Shown: positions 22,567 through 34,487, counted from the stretch's first letter. The stretch is 64,000 nucleotides of DNA from Cyanophora paradoxa CCMP329 (GCA_004431415.1 QPMI01000603.1:210159-274158); one strand, 5' to 3'. Numbers and translations are program-made. Notes: generated from the letters alone by a model not told the origin.

Positions 22567-25500
22567 ATAAGGACGCCGGCAGCGGCAGCAAGGCGATGAG
22601 CGTGTCCGCCTCCATGATCATCGACTACTGGCGCCACGCGCCCGAACCGCATCGCCTCCTCTTCTGCGGCGACTGCGCGACGACGGTGGGGATCTTCCCC
22701 CCGTTCCTCTCCAGCGGCACGCTCGACGGCGGTCTCATGGTGGGCCGCCCCCGTCACGCCTGCATGACCCCCCGCTCGCTTATTAACCGACGGCCTGACA
22801 GTCTCGCCCGGCGGACGCGTCAACCATGCTGGTCACTTCTCTCGTCCCGATCATCGCTTTCGCGGTCGACGAGGCTAGTTTCTACGCCGTCGCCCCGTGT
22901 TCTTCCGACCCCACCAGCCCTGGCTACATGTCCGCATGCCCCGCCTCTCGACGTCACGCGTTAACCGCGATCGCCAGCGACTACTCGGAGGTGCGCGACT
23001 CGGTTCCGCGGGAGCTGTTCAACGAGGCGGTACTCCGCTTCGGCGAGTCGGCCGCCGTACTCCTGGCTACCTTCGGCGCCACCTGCCTCGAGGTCACGGA
23101 GTTCTACGGCTACAAGTACGGCACCATCCCTGTCGGCCTCCCGCGAGGGTTCCCGATTTACTACGACGACATTCCGTGCCGGTACGCCACTCCTCGCTCA
23201 CCGTGCCGCGCCCCTCACCCTCCACAGTGACTGGGCGGCCCTCGAACCCTGGGAAAAAGTGACGGCGCTCGGTGCGCTCACTCAGCTCTACGCCTGGTCC
23301 CCCGAGTCAGTCCCCAAGTACTCCAAGACGGCGGTAGCCGACGCCCACGGCTGGCTCCGGCCCTTGCTTGTCACCTTCATCGAGAAAAGCAAGGCGCTCT
23401 CCCGCGATCACCGCAAGATCCTGCGCAACGACATCGTCGCCGCCTTCGGCCTGGCCCCCGGTCCGGCCCGCGTCTCTCCAAAACGCGAGTGGCCGGCATC
23501 TCTTCCGGGCGGCCTGACAGTCGGCACCGTCCCCTTCGGAAAAGTCCGCCCGCCGCGCGCTCGCTGCACGCCAGCGCACTCAGCGGTCGCCCGCTTCGCA
23601 GGGGGGGGGGGGGGGGGGGGGCTACGTCGGGAGGAGACTCTCGACACCACCTACCTACTACTTCACCATACCTAGTCCTCGAGAAACTTACCTGATCTAC
23701 TCTTAGCCTCGCACACACTAGATATAGCCGCCCCGACCGACTCGCTGGGCCCGCCCAAGCGAGCGCCTGCCTTGCCTCCCTCTCCCGCTCTGCCCTCCCG
23801 CTCGCTCTCTTGGCCCTGCCTCCCATTCACGACCTCGCCCGCGCTCCTCGCGCCTCGACAGGGAGGGAACGATGGATCGGAAGGCTTGGCGGAAGGCTTC
23901 GGCTGGTCGTTGCACCCACCAGATACCCCGGCCATCGTGCCAGGACCGTGGGTTGAAGGACCGCCGCGGAGGGGGCTCGCAATTGCCCGCGGCGGGGGTG
24001 CGGCGGCTGGTTCGAGGCTGGAAGCCCTGCTGACCGAGAAATCCGACCCTCCCCCTCCCCGCCACGGCCGGCGCCGACCTTCTCCGTCCCGCCCCACTTC
24101 TTCCCCGCAACGTCCCCCCTCGCCTCATTCCCTCGGCCCCTCTACGCCGACGTGCTTCCACCCGCGCTTCGGGCGAGCGGCCCCTCGACGCGGAGCCCGC
24201 CGCGCTAGCTGTAGTCGCGGCCGCGTCGAGAGTAGGCAGATTAGACCGCGGGTCCGTCCTGGCTTTCCTACCGTACAGTAGAACAGCCCGCGAGCTCCGG
24301 ACGTCCCGACGGTCCCTAGGCAGGCAGCACTAGCAGTAGTAGTGTTTTAATTTACCTCCCTCTCGTAGACCCTGGGTAGTCCTCTCGGTAGCCTAGTCCT
24401 AAGCTAGGCTAGATGTATAGGTAGTAGCTCTCTGCTCTGGGTTAGCTTTGCTTTAGTTTACGTCTCCTTGACTAGCTCCACCCTGTCCGATGGCTGATAG
24501 GTTCCCTACCCGGCGTAACCAGTAGGCTCATCTTTCGACTTGACACTTTACGGACTCCTCAGTTCTATCATTAGCCGTATTGTCTCGGTGTGTGCGAATT
24601 CACTAATGGGCCCGCTTCGCAGTTCTCGTTCGCCGACTTCTCTCGCGCTTGCGGCTTCCACCCGGCCCACTGGGACGCCTCCGCGGTGCTGCGCGACTGG
24701 GACCAGCCGGCCCACAAGGCCGTCAGCCTGTACTTCCCCCACATCTTGAAGGCGGCGGAGGCCGCGCGAAAACGCCGCGGCGCCGCGGCCTCGGGCGACG
24801 CCGACGCTGCCACCGCCGCCACCGCCAGCGCACCCCCAGCGGACCCCAAGTCGGTCCGCGCACACATTACCCCCTCTCGCCTCGCCCACGCTCGCTGCCG
24901 ATGCTTCTTTTTTCGCGGGCAGCGAGCACGGGCTCCGAAGGTGGCACATGGAGCGGCCGCGGCCCCTCGGCACCCCTCCGGCCCAGAAGCGCGCCGGTGC
25001 GCTACCCACCCCCGCTCATTTTTTACCGCCGCCCACCCCGCCGCGCAGGGGCAGCCCCGCCCACCGGCCTCGCTCCTCCGCGCCGCCCGCGCCTGCCAAG
25101 CCGGCGGCTGCGGCCGGGAACACCGACACCGCCGACGCGGACGCGGACGACGACGTCGACCGCCCGCGCGCCTCGCGGTCGACCCGCCCGCCTAAGCGGA
25201 CCAAGGCGACCGAGGCCTCGGCCCCGAAGGCCCCCCGGCGCCCGCAGACTCAGCCGACGAAGGCGGCGAGTCAGACGCCCCGCCTTCACCCGCCGAGGAG
25301 GCGGAAGCACAGGCCCCGCCACCCAAACCCGCCAAGAGCCGCAAGGCCAAGACCGGTCCGTCCACGCGCCCGCTGGCCTCCCCGGCGGCTCACCCCGCCT
25401 AGGCGACCCCCTTGAGATTCGCCTGGCCCGACTTTCTGACCCGGCCCACTTCACCGCAGCCGACCGCGACAAGGCCCTGCAGTTCGCCGAGACCCGCGAC

Positions 25501-27500
25501 CTTCCCACGCCGAACCCGGCCCCGCGGTCTCCGACCTGCCGCCCGTTCCGCCGGCCAACCCGCAGGCGCTCGCGGCGTCCATGCTGCAAGCCGGCCTCGC
25601 CAGCATGGCCGGCGGCGGCCCGCCTCCCCCGTTCTGGCCCGCGGGAGTTCCGTCCCGTTCCTGCAGCACCAGCAGCAGCCCCGCTACTCGGCCGCTTCCA
25701 CGGTCACGCCAGCGGGCTGGGTCGTCCAGGCGCCCCCGCATTTCGCGGCTCCCTGGCCCTCCCCCGGCACCGCCAACCACGGCGCCGGCATGTTCCCGGG
25801 CTTCGGGGGCCCGCAGACCGACTGGTTCGGCCCCGCCGACCCCGGCTTCCGGATGCCGCCCGCCGGCCCGCAGCTCCCGCCCCGGCAGGCCGCTCCCCAC
25901 ACCGCCGCGCCACTCGCCGCCGGCCCCCGTGGGGTCCCGCCGCCCGCTCCGGCAGCCGCGGGGCCACCCAGGCCGCGCAGAAGCTCGCCCCGCCCGCCGC
26001 CGCAGCGCCGACAGAGCAGCCCCCGACCTCATCCTCCACCCGCGCCCGACCGTTCGTCCCAGCGACGCGGAGATGGAGGACGAGGCGGAATCCGACGCCC
26101 CCGGCGACGAACCCGCCGGCGAGGACGACTGGGCCGGCGACTGGGACTCGGACGACACCTCGACGCCGCAGGACGCCAGTCCCCACGTCGACGCTCCCTC
26201 CGAGTCCGGTACGGACTCGTGGCCGCCGCAGCCCAAACCCTCCCTCCGTCACACTGACCCGGGATCGTGCAGAATCCGCTGCCCCAGTGTACAGCGGCAA
26301 GGCGACGCGCGGCCACGCCAAGGAGAAGGCTCCCCTCGGTCCGCGCTGATTGTTTTCCGCGGTCGGCCACAGCCCGGCCGACATGCCTTTTTGCAGAGGC
26401 TCCGGCCCCCAAGAAGGCGCGCGGCGACGACAAGGCGAAGGGCGCCACCGCCCAGGCCAAGGCGACGGCGGCAGAGAAGGCCGCGCCACCGGCCGAGCCC
26501 CCCTCGTCTACGAGGGCCTCCCCGAGCTCACGCTGCGCGAGACGGCCTTCGCCAAGCTCAACATTCCTCCACGGCGGTCGACAACTCCGCCCGCGTCACG
26601 GACTTGGCCGCCCGTATCAAGGAAATCGAGTCGTGCTTCGACAACGCCGTCTTCCCCGGCGACAGTCAGCAGCGACCCTTCCCCGACGAGCGCATCACCA
26701 CGGCTCTTGCCAAGTACGGCATCGCCTGCATGCGCGATCTGGCGCGCTTCTCCCACGGCCTGGTGCTGCGCGACATGGGCAACTCGGAACTCCGCCAGGC
26801 CATCGCGGCGTTCGACCAGGTCGGCGACGTCATCAACCGCCTACCCGGCGGCCCGACCGGCCCCTCGGCCAACTCCTGACGGACTGGAACGCCCTCACCC
26901 GCCCGGTCTACAAGAAGCTTCGGGACATCGCCCAGACGTCGGCGGTGCTCCAGGCCTGCCTCGAGGACGACCCGCTCTTCAAGCGTCTCCTCAAGCGGCT
27001 GCAAGACAGCGTGAGCGCGTGGACGGAGCCACGGGAGCTACTGTCGTCCTACGGCCGGACGAGCCGCAAGCGGAGCTCCTTCTTCATGATGCCACCGCTC
27101 GCTCGCACGGAGCTTCCGCAGCCCCGCCCGGACAAGGCCCCACTCGCCCCACACTCTCCCATGCGGCGCTCTTCTCCCAGGCCTCGCAGGCCGGTCCGTC
27201 CGCCCCACCTGCTCCTCCGCCCGGACCGACCCTCGGTCAGCCCACTCCTACGGCGGCGTCGCGACCTTCTCCTACGACGACGACGGTGACGTCGAGGACC
27301 CCGGCTCCGGCGGGCCAACCCACCGCGGCCAGCAGCGCGGGCGCGCCTGGAAGCAGGCCCGGCGGCAGTACGGGACTGCCCAGCCGGCCCAGCCCCAACC
27401 CCACCACCGTCAGCGGGGCGGAGGCCGCGGCGGCGCCGTCCAGCGGCCCCCCGGCGCAAGCCGCAGCCGCCGACCGACGGCTGAGCCGCTTCCACTCCTG
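22567..27500 (+). CDS. ORF1 region of element 2, intron-containing, no recognised domain
   Basis: GT..AG introns at 23182-23227, 24854-24922, 24997-25048, 26209-26272 and 26339-26396 join consecutive codon-biased frames. Ends approximate. Confidence 0.6.
23601..24545 (+). mobile_element. Possible LTR remnant (PPT + LTR) inserted in ORF1 of element 2
   Basis: A poly-G tract is followed by CTAC-GTCGGG, the segment ends in TTGACA, its composition is TAG/CTA-rich and non-coding, and coding-like sequence resumes at about 24546. Confidence 0.3.
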
Positions 27501-27599
27501 GCGCGGGTGTTTGCGGCGACACCCCTCCGGCGGCTGCCGCCGACCGCAAGGGGCCCCCGTGCCAGCCGTTCCCCCCGCCACGACCCTTCCAGTAGACTG

Positions 27600-29734
27600 T
27601 GACCAGTCGCGTCCGCCGCCTGTACCGCTGTCTGTACCCTCGAGTACACCGCGTGTCTTTGTGCGCGACCCATTCGCAAAATTGCGAGCACTCGTAGCTG
27701 CACACGGGGACCCCGGCCCGTACGATTTCGCGGCGGCCGCACAGAAGTTTCGGGCGGGGCAACTCCAGCATTACGCGCATGCCTGGCGGGCTTACTTCCG
27801 GCGGGCTGACACGACGGTCCCCTCGTGGGTGGGCCTCATCCTGCGCAAAGGCTTGCGCCTCCCACTCCAGCACGCCGACGGCACGCCGGCAGCGTCGTTA
27901 GCAGACATTCCCCGCACGCGCGCCGAGGGCCCACGCCCCTCGTGCCACCGGACCCCAGAACACGAAGCCTTCGTGGACAGCGAGGTCGCGGCGATGCTGC
28001 GCCTCGGCGTCACCCGCCTTGCCACCGAGGAAGACGAACAGCTCGTCGTTAACGAGTCTTCGCTCTTGGTGGTCGACAAGGCCGGCCCAGACAAGTTCCG
28101 CCTGTGCCTCGACGCCACCCCGTGAACCCGTTCATCCGCTTGCCGACGTTCGGTACCAAACACTGGACGAGGTTGCGTCCTACCTCACCCCCGGCTGCTG
28201 GCTCGTGAAGTTCGACCTTAAAAAAGGCTACTATCACATCGCCCTGAACAAGGACACCCAGCGCCTCCTGGCGTTCCGTTGGCGCGGCAAACTCTACATT
28301 TACCAGGCCCTTTGCTTCGGCGTGAACATCGCCTGCTTCGCCTTCACGAAGGTCACGCGCGCCTTTGCCAAGTACTGGGCAGCGCTGGGCGTGAAGCTCT
28401 GCACGTACATCGACGACGGCCTGTTCATCTGCCCGTCGCGCGAAATCGCGGAGCTCGTCTCCCAGCACCTACGTGCTTGCGCGCCCGAGCTAGGCATTAC
28501 GTTCTCGGAAAAGTCCGACTTCACACCGACCCAGTGCACCGAGTACCTCGGCATCGAGATCGACGTCCGTCCCGACCGCGGCGTTTTCGCGGTGACCCCG
28601 AAGAAGGTCGCAAAAACGCTCGCCCGCCTCGCCGGCGTCCTCGACCGGGCGCCCGGCCCCCGCGGCCTCACGGCGTCGGCTCGCGATCTGCAAAAGCTGG
28701 CGGGCTCACTCATCGCGCTGCGCATGGCGTTCCCGGCCGTTCGTCTCATGACTCGGCCACTTTTCGGCCTCATGTCGACCTCGGACGCCCTCGCCGACCC
28801 TTCAATCAGTTGGCCGTCACCATCGAAGGCCCAGCACTCGACTGCCTCCGCTGGCTCCAAGCGGCCCTCCAACGCCCGGAGCGCCCGGCGCACCCCATCT
28901 GGACGCCTCGGACCTTCTTCCGGCTGTTCACGGACGCCTCCGGCTACGGCTACGCCGCCTTCCTCGATCAGCTCGAGTCCGCCGACCCCACGGCCGTCCG
29001 CCAACGCCCCGCGTGGTCCGTCTTCGGCACCTTCCCCCCGAACTCCGCGCGAGCGAGGGCCCCATGCGGCGCGGCGAGACCAGCAGCAACGAACGCGAGC
29101 TTCGCGCGATCGTGGCCGCCGCGGACGAGCTCTTCCCGCCCTTCCGGTGGGTGCGCACGTTCTCATCCGCTGCGACAACCGCTCCGCCGTCGCGGCAGTC
29201 GCTCGGGGCGGCGGTTCGGCCCGCCTCTTTGACCTGAGCGCTCGCCTCTGGCACCGCTGCGCGGCTCTCGGCGTCTCGATCTCCGCCCGCCATTTGCCCG
29301 GCGCGGCCAACGTCTTCGCCGACCGCGGTTCCCGCGACGGCGCTCGCGCCCCGTCGCTGCATCGGGCCCTCCTCTCGCGGTGCCGCACGCACCTAGACGC
29401 CCCGCTTGCCGAGCACCACCACGTCGCCTTCGAGGACGATCCGTGGCTTGGCAGCGTCCGCGCGAGCGCCCCGACCGTCCTTACGGTCGACTCCCGGCTG
29501 CGCGCGGCCCTGATCGCTTCCCTCCGACGCTTCCCAGCGTCCGGCCCTCTGGGCCTCCTGCTCCCTCCCAGCCCAGCACCACCTGGTCGGTGGCCCTCGG
29601 GAGCTTCGCCTCACCCCCGCCCCGCCGCCGTCACCTCTTTCCCGCTTTCTAGCCTCCCGTCCCACATCTTCTACTCTGGGCGCATCGGCCTCGGCTCCTC
29701 CCGCTGGCCCCTGGAACTGACCTTCTGGCAGTAA
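27600..29734 (+). CDS. Pol of element 2: RT + RNase H + degenerate MTase-like tail (frameshifted)
   Basis: KFRLCLD, KFDLKKGYYHI, YQALCFG, LCTYIDDG, LFTDASGYG, SSNERELRAI, RCDNRS, HLPGAANVFADRGSR. Clearly homologous to the element 1 Pol. Confidence 0.92.
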
Positions 29735-30700
29735 CCCCGGCGCCCGCGGAGGCGGAGCTCGCGGCCTGGCAGGGGGCGGCCTTCGCCCCCGGCACGTCAG
29801 CGGGCCAACGGCGGGCGGCCCGCCGCTACTTCGAGTTCGTTGAGTGCCACGGCCTCGCGCCGGACGCAGAACGGTCCATCCTCCTCTTCCTGGCCGACGC
29901 GGCCACCCAGCGACGCCGCCATTCCGGAAAAGACCTCGCGGCGAGCACCGTTAAAGGCCTCGCCGCCCACGTGTGGCGCGAACTCAAACTTCGCGGCCTC
30001 GTCGACCCCACCAGACCCCGCTCGTTCATGTACTCGACCGCATGGAGAGGCATGCAGGCCCGCCTGGGCCGCCCCGTAGCGCAACGCCGCGCCTTCTTGC
30101 CCGGCGACCTGCGCGCGTGGTTGACCACCCCATCGTTCCTGTCACGCGCCCTCCCCGGCGCCTCCGCGACGCCACCGTCCTCGCGACCGGCATCGCGGGC
30201 TTCCTCCGGGGAGCGGAGCTGGTGGCGCTGCGGGTCGACGACCTCGAATTCTCACTCCTCCCTTCCCCCGCATCGCCCTCCACATCCGGCGCTCCAAAAC
30301 CGACAGGACCGCCCACGGCGCGGTGGTTTACCTCACCCCGGGCAAATGCCCCGCCTCGTGCCCCGTCCGCCTGCTGTGCGCGTACGTCGCGAGCACGGCG
30401 GTGCAGGCGGCGCCCGGGACCCCCCTCTTCCCCCGCCTCTCCGATCCCGCCGCGGCCATCACCGTTGGTTTCGTCCGCCGCCTCGTGAAAGAGGCCGCGG
30501 AGGCCATCGGCTACGACCCGACCGACTTCTCGGGCCACAGCTTGCGCCGCGGTGGCGCGACGGCCGCGGCCCGCCGGGGCCTCCCGGCCACTTGGATCCG
30601 ACGGCATGGCCGCTGGGCACTGTACTCTTCCGTGCCCCAAGGATATATTGAGGACTACCTCTTTCATCTGTCCTCCGACCTGGCCGACCTCGGCTTTTGA
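29735..30700 (+). CDS. Tyrosine recombinase of element 2 (frameshifted)
   Basis: GFLRGAE, RSKTD, CPVR, FSGHSLRRGGA, HGRW...PQGY. Confidence 0.9.
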
Positions 30701-30884
30701 GCCGGCGCCGCCGGCGCCTCTCTCACCCGCGGCCGGCCCCTACATAATGTTCACTAGGAGTGTGACACCATTGTAGCCCTGACTCTTTATAATACAATTT
30801 TGTCTCTTCGAACCCGCTTGGTCTGCGCGGCACCCTCAGAGACCTTCCCGACGCTCTTTCAACTGGCTGTGACCTGACTCTTGT

Positions 30885-32311
30885 TTGGTAGGGGTACAGC
30901 ACTCGTGCGATGTTTTCACGCACAATCGCCACCCCGCGCCTCGGCGGCGGTACCCGGGACCGCTTACCGGCCCGGGTAGAATCGCGTACCCCGCGCCGGG
31001 GTACAGCATTCGCCCCGCCAGGCCCCGTCAGGCGTGGCTCGAGCTGAACGCGTACCCTGCTCAGGGGTACGCCAAAACCTCCGCCTCGGCCACGAGAATC
31101 CGGTACCCGCCGCACGGGTACGGGATTACTCAGCCTTACCGCCGCTCCGGTCCGGAGCAGGGGTAAGCTTTCACCCGCCTCCGGAAGGAAGCGGCCGAAA
31201 GAGCATAAGGCGACCCGCCCTGGTCGGTCGCCGACGTGTTATCCCCACGTTAGGTCTCGGGAAAGCAGCATCCAGCTGCCGTACCTTCAGGGCCACTCCC
31301 GATGCGCTATACCGTGCATCCCTTTAGAATAGTCGTAGGCAAGTTAGGCTAGCTAGGCTTCTCTGATTCCGAATGAAGCGAGGCGTAAATCGGGGTTTGC
31401 GCAATTAAGCGTAAACCGAGTTTTGCGCCGACGGAATGAATAGAAGAGAAGCCAGAGCGCCAACTGCCTACCTTAGCTAGAAGGACCGAGCGACCGGACC
31501 GGCCTAAGCGACGGGTCCGGGCCTCGAGCACGGTATAGCAGAATTCGAGTTCTGCACCGACTCCGGGGAGAACTCAGAATTTGATTCGGTCGCGCCCTGA
31601 GGCGAACGAAGGCCGGGGTACGGCCATTCCTTCGGCTGCCCTTCGGCATAACTTCGTCCTTGGTTGCCAGCTTGACCAGGCACCCAGCGGCGAAGCGAAA
31701 TCGCTCCCGCCCTCCTCCCCGCGTTTTCACAATCGGCTGTTTGTGGATGCGACGGCTCTATCCTTTTCCAACGCGCTACGAGTATCCGTAGAATACTCTG
31801 GCAATCTTGGTAGGGGTACAGCACTCGTGCGATGTTTTCACGCACAATCGCCACCCCGCGCCTCGGCGGCGGTACCCGGGACCGCTTACCGGCCCGGGTA
31901 GAATCGCGTACCCCGCGCCGGGGTACAGCATTCGCCCCGCCAGGCCCCGTCAGGCGTGGCTCGAGCTGAACGCGTACCCTGCTCAGGGGTACGCCAAAAC
32001 CTCCGCCTCGGCCACGAGAATCCGGTACCCGCCGCATGGGTACGGGATTACTCAGCCTTACCGCCGCTCCGGTCCGGAGCAGGGGTAAGCTTTCACCCGC
32101 CTCCGGAAGGAAGCGGCCGAAAGAGCATAAGGCGACCCGCCCTGGTCGGTCGCCGACGTGTTATCCCCACGTTAGGTCTCGGGAAAGCAGCATCCAGCTG
32201 CCGTACCTTCAGGGCCACTCCCGATGCGCTATACCGTGCATCCCTTTAGAATAGTCGTAGGCAAGTTAGGCTAGCTAGGCTTCTCTGATTCCGAATGAAG
32301 CGAGGCGTAAA
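30885..32311 (+). repeat. 3' split-direct-repeat block (B1-A2-spacer-B2) of element 2
   Basis: 505-bp B repeats and a 315-bp A repeat, with a 102-bp unique spacer at 31705-31806. Confidence 0.95.
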
Positions 32312-33072
32312 GCGTCTTATCGAGAGGGGGGCACGACCGTGACGTGGGGCCTGGCGGTGCGCGCAGGTGTGTGTCGCGATCGCGATCCCGATCTCGGTGC
32401 GCGCGACGACGAGATCGGCGGTCTCGCTCGTCCTTGCCCAGGCGTGGCCGCGAAGTGTGATGCCGTGATTGCAGAGAACCTGCGGGCCACCTACACTGCG
32501 CGCGCCCCGAGGGGCACCACTGACCTGGGAGGACGAGTTGGTCCGCGTGCAACTCATCGCCGGGCGCCGAGATGGAGTTGAGCTGAAGGCCTCCCGCGGC
32601 AGGACCGGCGCGACGGAGGTAGCGAGTTAGAAACTCGCGAGGTTCGGCGTTGTGCAGGCTGAGCTGCATTTTGGTCGCTTCGGCGGTCGAAAGCACGCCC
32701 GCGAGCTGCTCAGAGGGCATACAACGCTACTTACTGCTGCTGCGCGAGGCTATTCTCGCGATTTATTTAGAGGTGCGGCCGCACGGGCGCGGTCGCGTCC
32801 GTGCGGTCGCGCAAGCAACTGGCTCTAACTGGCGGGGGCCGGCCTAATATTCCCGGCGAAGCCGGGGGGCTACCCTGTCCGGCCGCCGGGGGATAATTCG
32901 GCACGCGCCCCATGACGATTGTTGTCGTGAGATTGCGCAATTTACGCAATTAACGTGAGGGCCCCCGGGGCCGCGGGTTCGATCCCGCTTGGCCGCGAAA
33001 CTGGCGACTCGGCTAATTTTGGCACTTCCGGCTCGCACAAATCTTCGTCTACGCCTTGCGCGCATACGACGT

Positions 33073-33705
33073 TTTATGCGGGGCCTCTCGTGCTTTTTTC
33101 TCCGCCGAGCGCCCAGAGTATGTAATATATTGATTCACTTCAACTCGAGCATCTAGCTATCTCGAGCTGATCGTGAAGAGGGAGCACGGTTCGCGGCGCG
33201 AACCGGAGAGGCAATCCCCGTGTGGTCACGGTTTCCTTGCGCTCTCTAGCCGAGGATACTGGCTGATGCTTCCCCAGGGGTCCACATCGTGTGCGTTTTT
33301 TCTAGCGAGCTACTGCGAGTCTAGAATTGCTGTACCCGAGCCCGGCACCTCGAGGGTGCCGAGCGGGCCTCTTGGAGAGGTGGGGTACAGCGACCGCTGG
33401 TAAGTGCAGCGGTCTGAGACTTAGGCAGGAGTTCATTGGTGGGCCGGGGGGCGGAGCCCGCCGGGCCCAAACCAAGCAAGGGCCAGGTCTCAAGCAGCAG
33501 CAGCTAGGTGGAATTTAAAAGTTTTATTCTCGTGCACACGTGCGAACAGGGTTGCACGGCTGGGAAAGCTGGAACTGAAGTCCGGTTCAAGCGAAGGCGA
33601 CGCCTTCGGCCTCCAGGGCGACGGTGTAATCGTCGACATAGCGCTGGGGGACCATCGATGTGAGAGCCCAGCGGCCGTGGCGGCGGAGCCAGGTGGCGGA
33701 GGCGC
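33073..33705 (-). mobile_element. Extra fragment of element 1 (YR 3' end + spacer + B repeat) in tandem upstream of A1
   Basis: 32743-33705 is a near-identical copy of 13016-13981. Confidence 0.9.
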
Positions 33706-34487
33706 TCTCTGAGGACGAGGAGGATGTCATTGCCGGCGTGCAGCGTCGCGAGCAGTTCGGCGGTGCAGCTACACACGAGGAAGCTCTGGCCGCACAGCAG
33801 TTCCCGAATCTCGAGTTGCCGGTTCCAGACCAGCCAGGCCCCAGTCGGCACACTCGGCACCGCCGCGGCCCGGTTCCCGTCGTCCCGCTCAACAACGCTA
33901 CGACAGCCCCTGCCGGTGAGCTCAACGAGTACATTAAGCAGCAGATTCAGAAGGGCATAGACCGAGGGGTAGAGTCCATTCGGGAGCAGCAGCAGCAAAT
34001 TGCTCAGGAGCAGCAGCGCGAGCAGCATGAAGCCATGCAGCTTAAGAATACCTGGCTTCGGGACTTTGCTTTCCAGCTGGCGCAGCTGCGCTTCCAGCTC
34101 AAGGGGCTCCTTTCGTGTGTCGCCTGTGCAGCAACCATCAAAGCATGCTTGAAGTCGCTCGAGGAGCTTAAGAAGAAGATAGATATTCGTGACAAAGGCG
34201 GCGAGAAGACAGCCGAGGCGCTCGCAGCCGTGCCGGAGGAGCTCCGCGCACAGACCGCCTCGATCACCTATGCGCTTCGTGTGGCCGGCGTCGGCGCTGG
34301 CAGTTCGTACGCACCAGCTGAGCGCCAGCCGTCTAGCTATCGGCCCCCGCAGCGGCAGCGCGTCGAACGCGAGCAGGCGCCCACCGCCCAGCGGAACGGC
34401 GGCGCGTGCTTTAGGTGCAACCAGCATGGCCACCATGTGAAGGATTGCACCAACCCGCCGCGCCCGGATTGGCGCGAGAAGAAGTAG
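33706..34487 (+). pseudogene. 3' part of the Gag-like ORF with coiled coil and CCHC zinc knuckle
   Basis: CFRCNQHGHHVKDC (CX2CX4HX4C) at the C-terminus, Gln-rich coiled coil, stop at 34485-34487. Confidence 0.75.

Larger units (their letters stand above)
20791..32308 (+). mobile_element. Tyrosine-recombinase retrotransposon 2 (PAT/Ngaro-type), about 11.5 kb, nested in element 1
   Basis: A1 20791-21105 matches A2 31390-31704. B1 30885-31389 matches B2 31807-32311. RT/RH and YR lie between, and AAG flanks both ends. Confidence 0.92.
12345..33072 (-). mobile_element. Tyrosine-recombinase retrotransposon 1 (DIRS order, PAT/Ngaro-type split direct repeats), about 9.2 kb excluding the nested element
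   Basis: Order on the minus strand: A1 (33072-32743), ORF1, RT/RNase H, YR, B1 (13750-13346), A2 (13345-13016), 267-bp spacer, B2 (12748-12345). This is the A...BA..B layout. Confidence 0.9.

Noticed and set aside
12345-32311. Hammerhead ribozyme in the terminal repeats
   Set aside because: I found no CTGANGA...GAAA core with flanking stems by eye; a covariance-model search is needed to exclude other ribozymes.
12345-33705. LTR retrotransposon or segmental-duplication reading of the long direct repeats
   Set aside because: Repeat order A...BA..B with YR and no DDE integrase fits split-direct-repeat YR elements.
14951-33903. Diversity-generating retroelement (RT plus near-identical repeats)
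   Set aside because: RTs are DIRS-type, and repeat copies differ by rare indels or substitutions, not adenine-specific changes.
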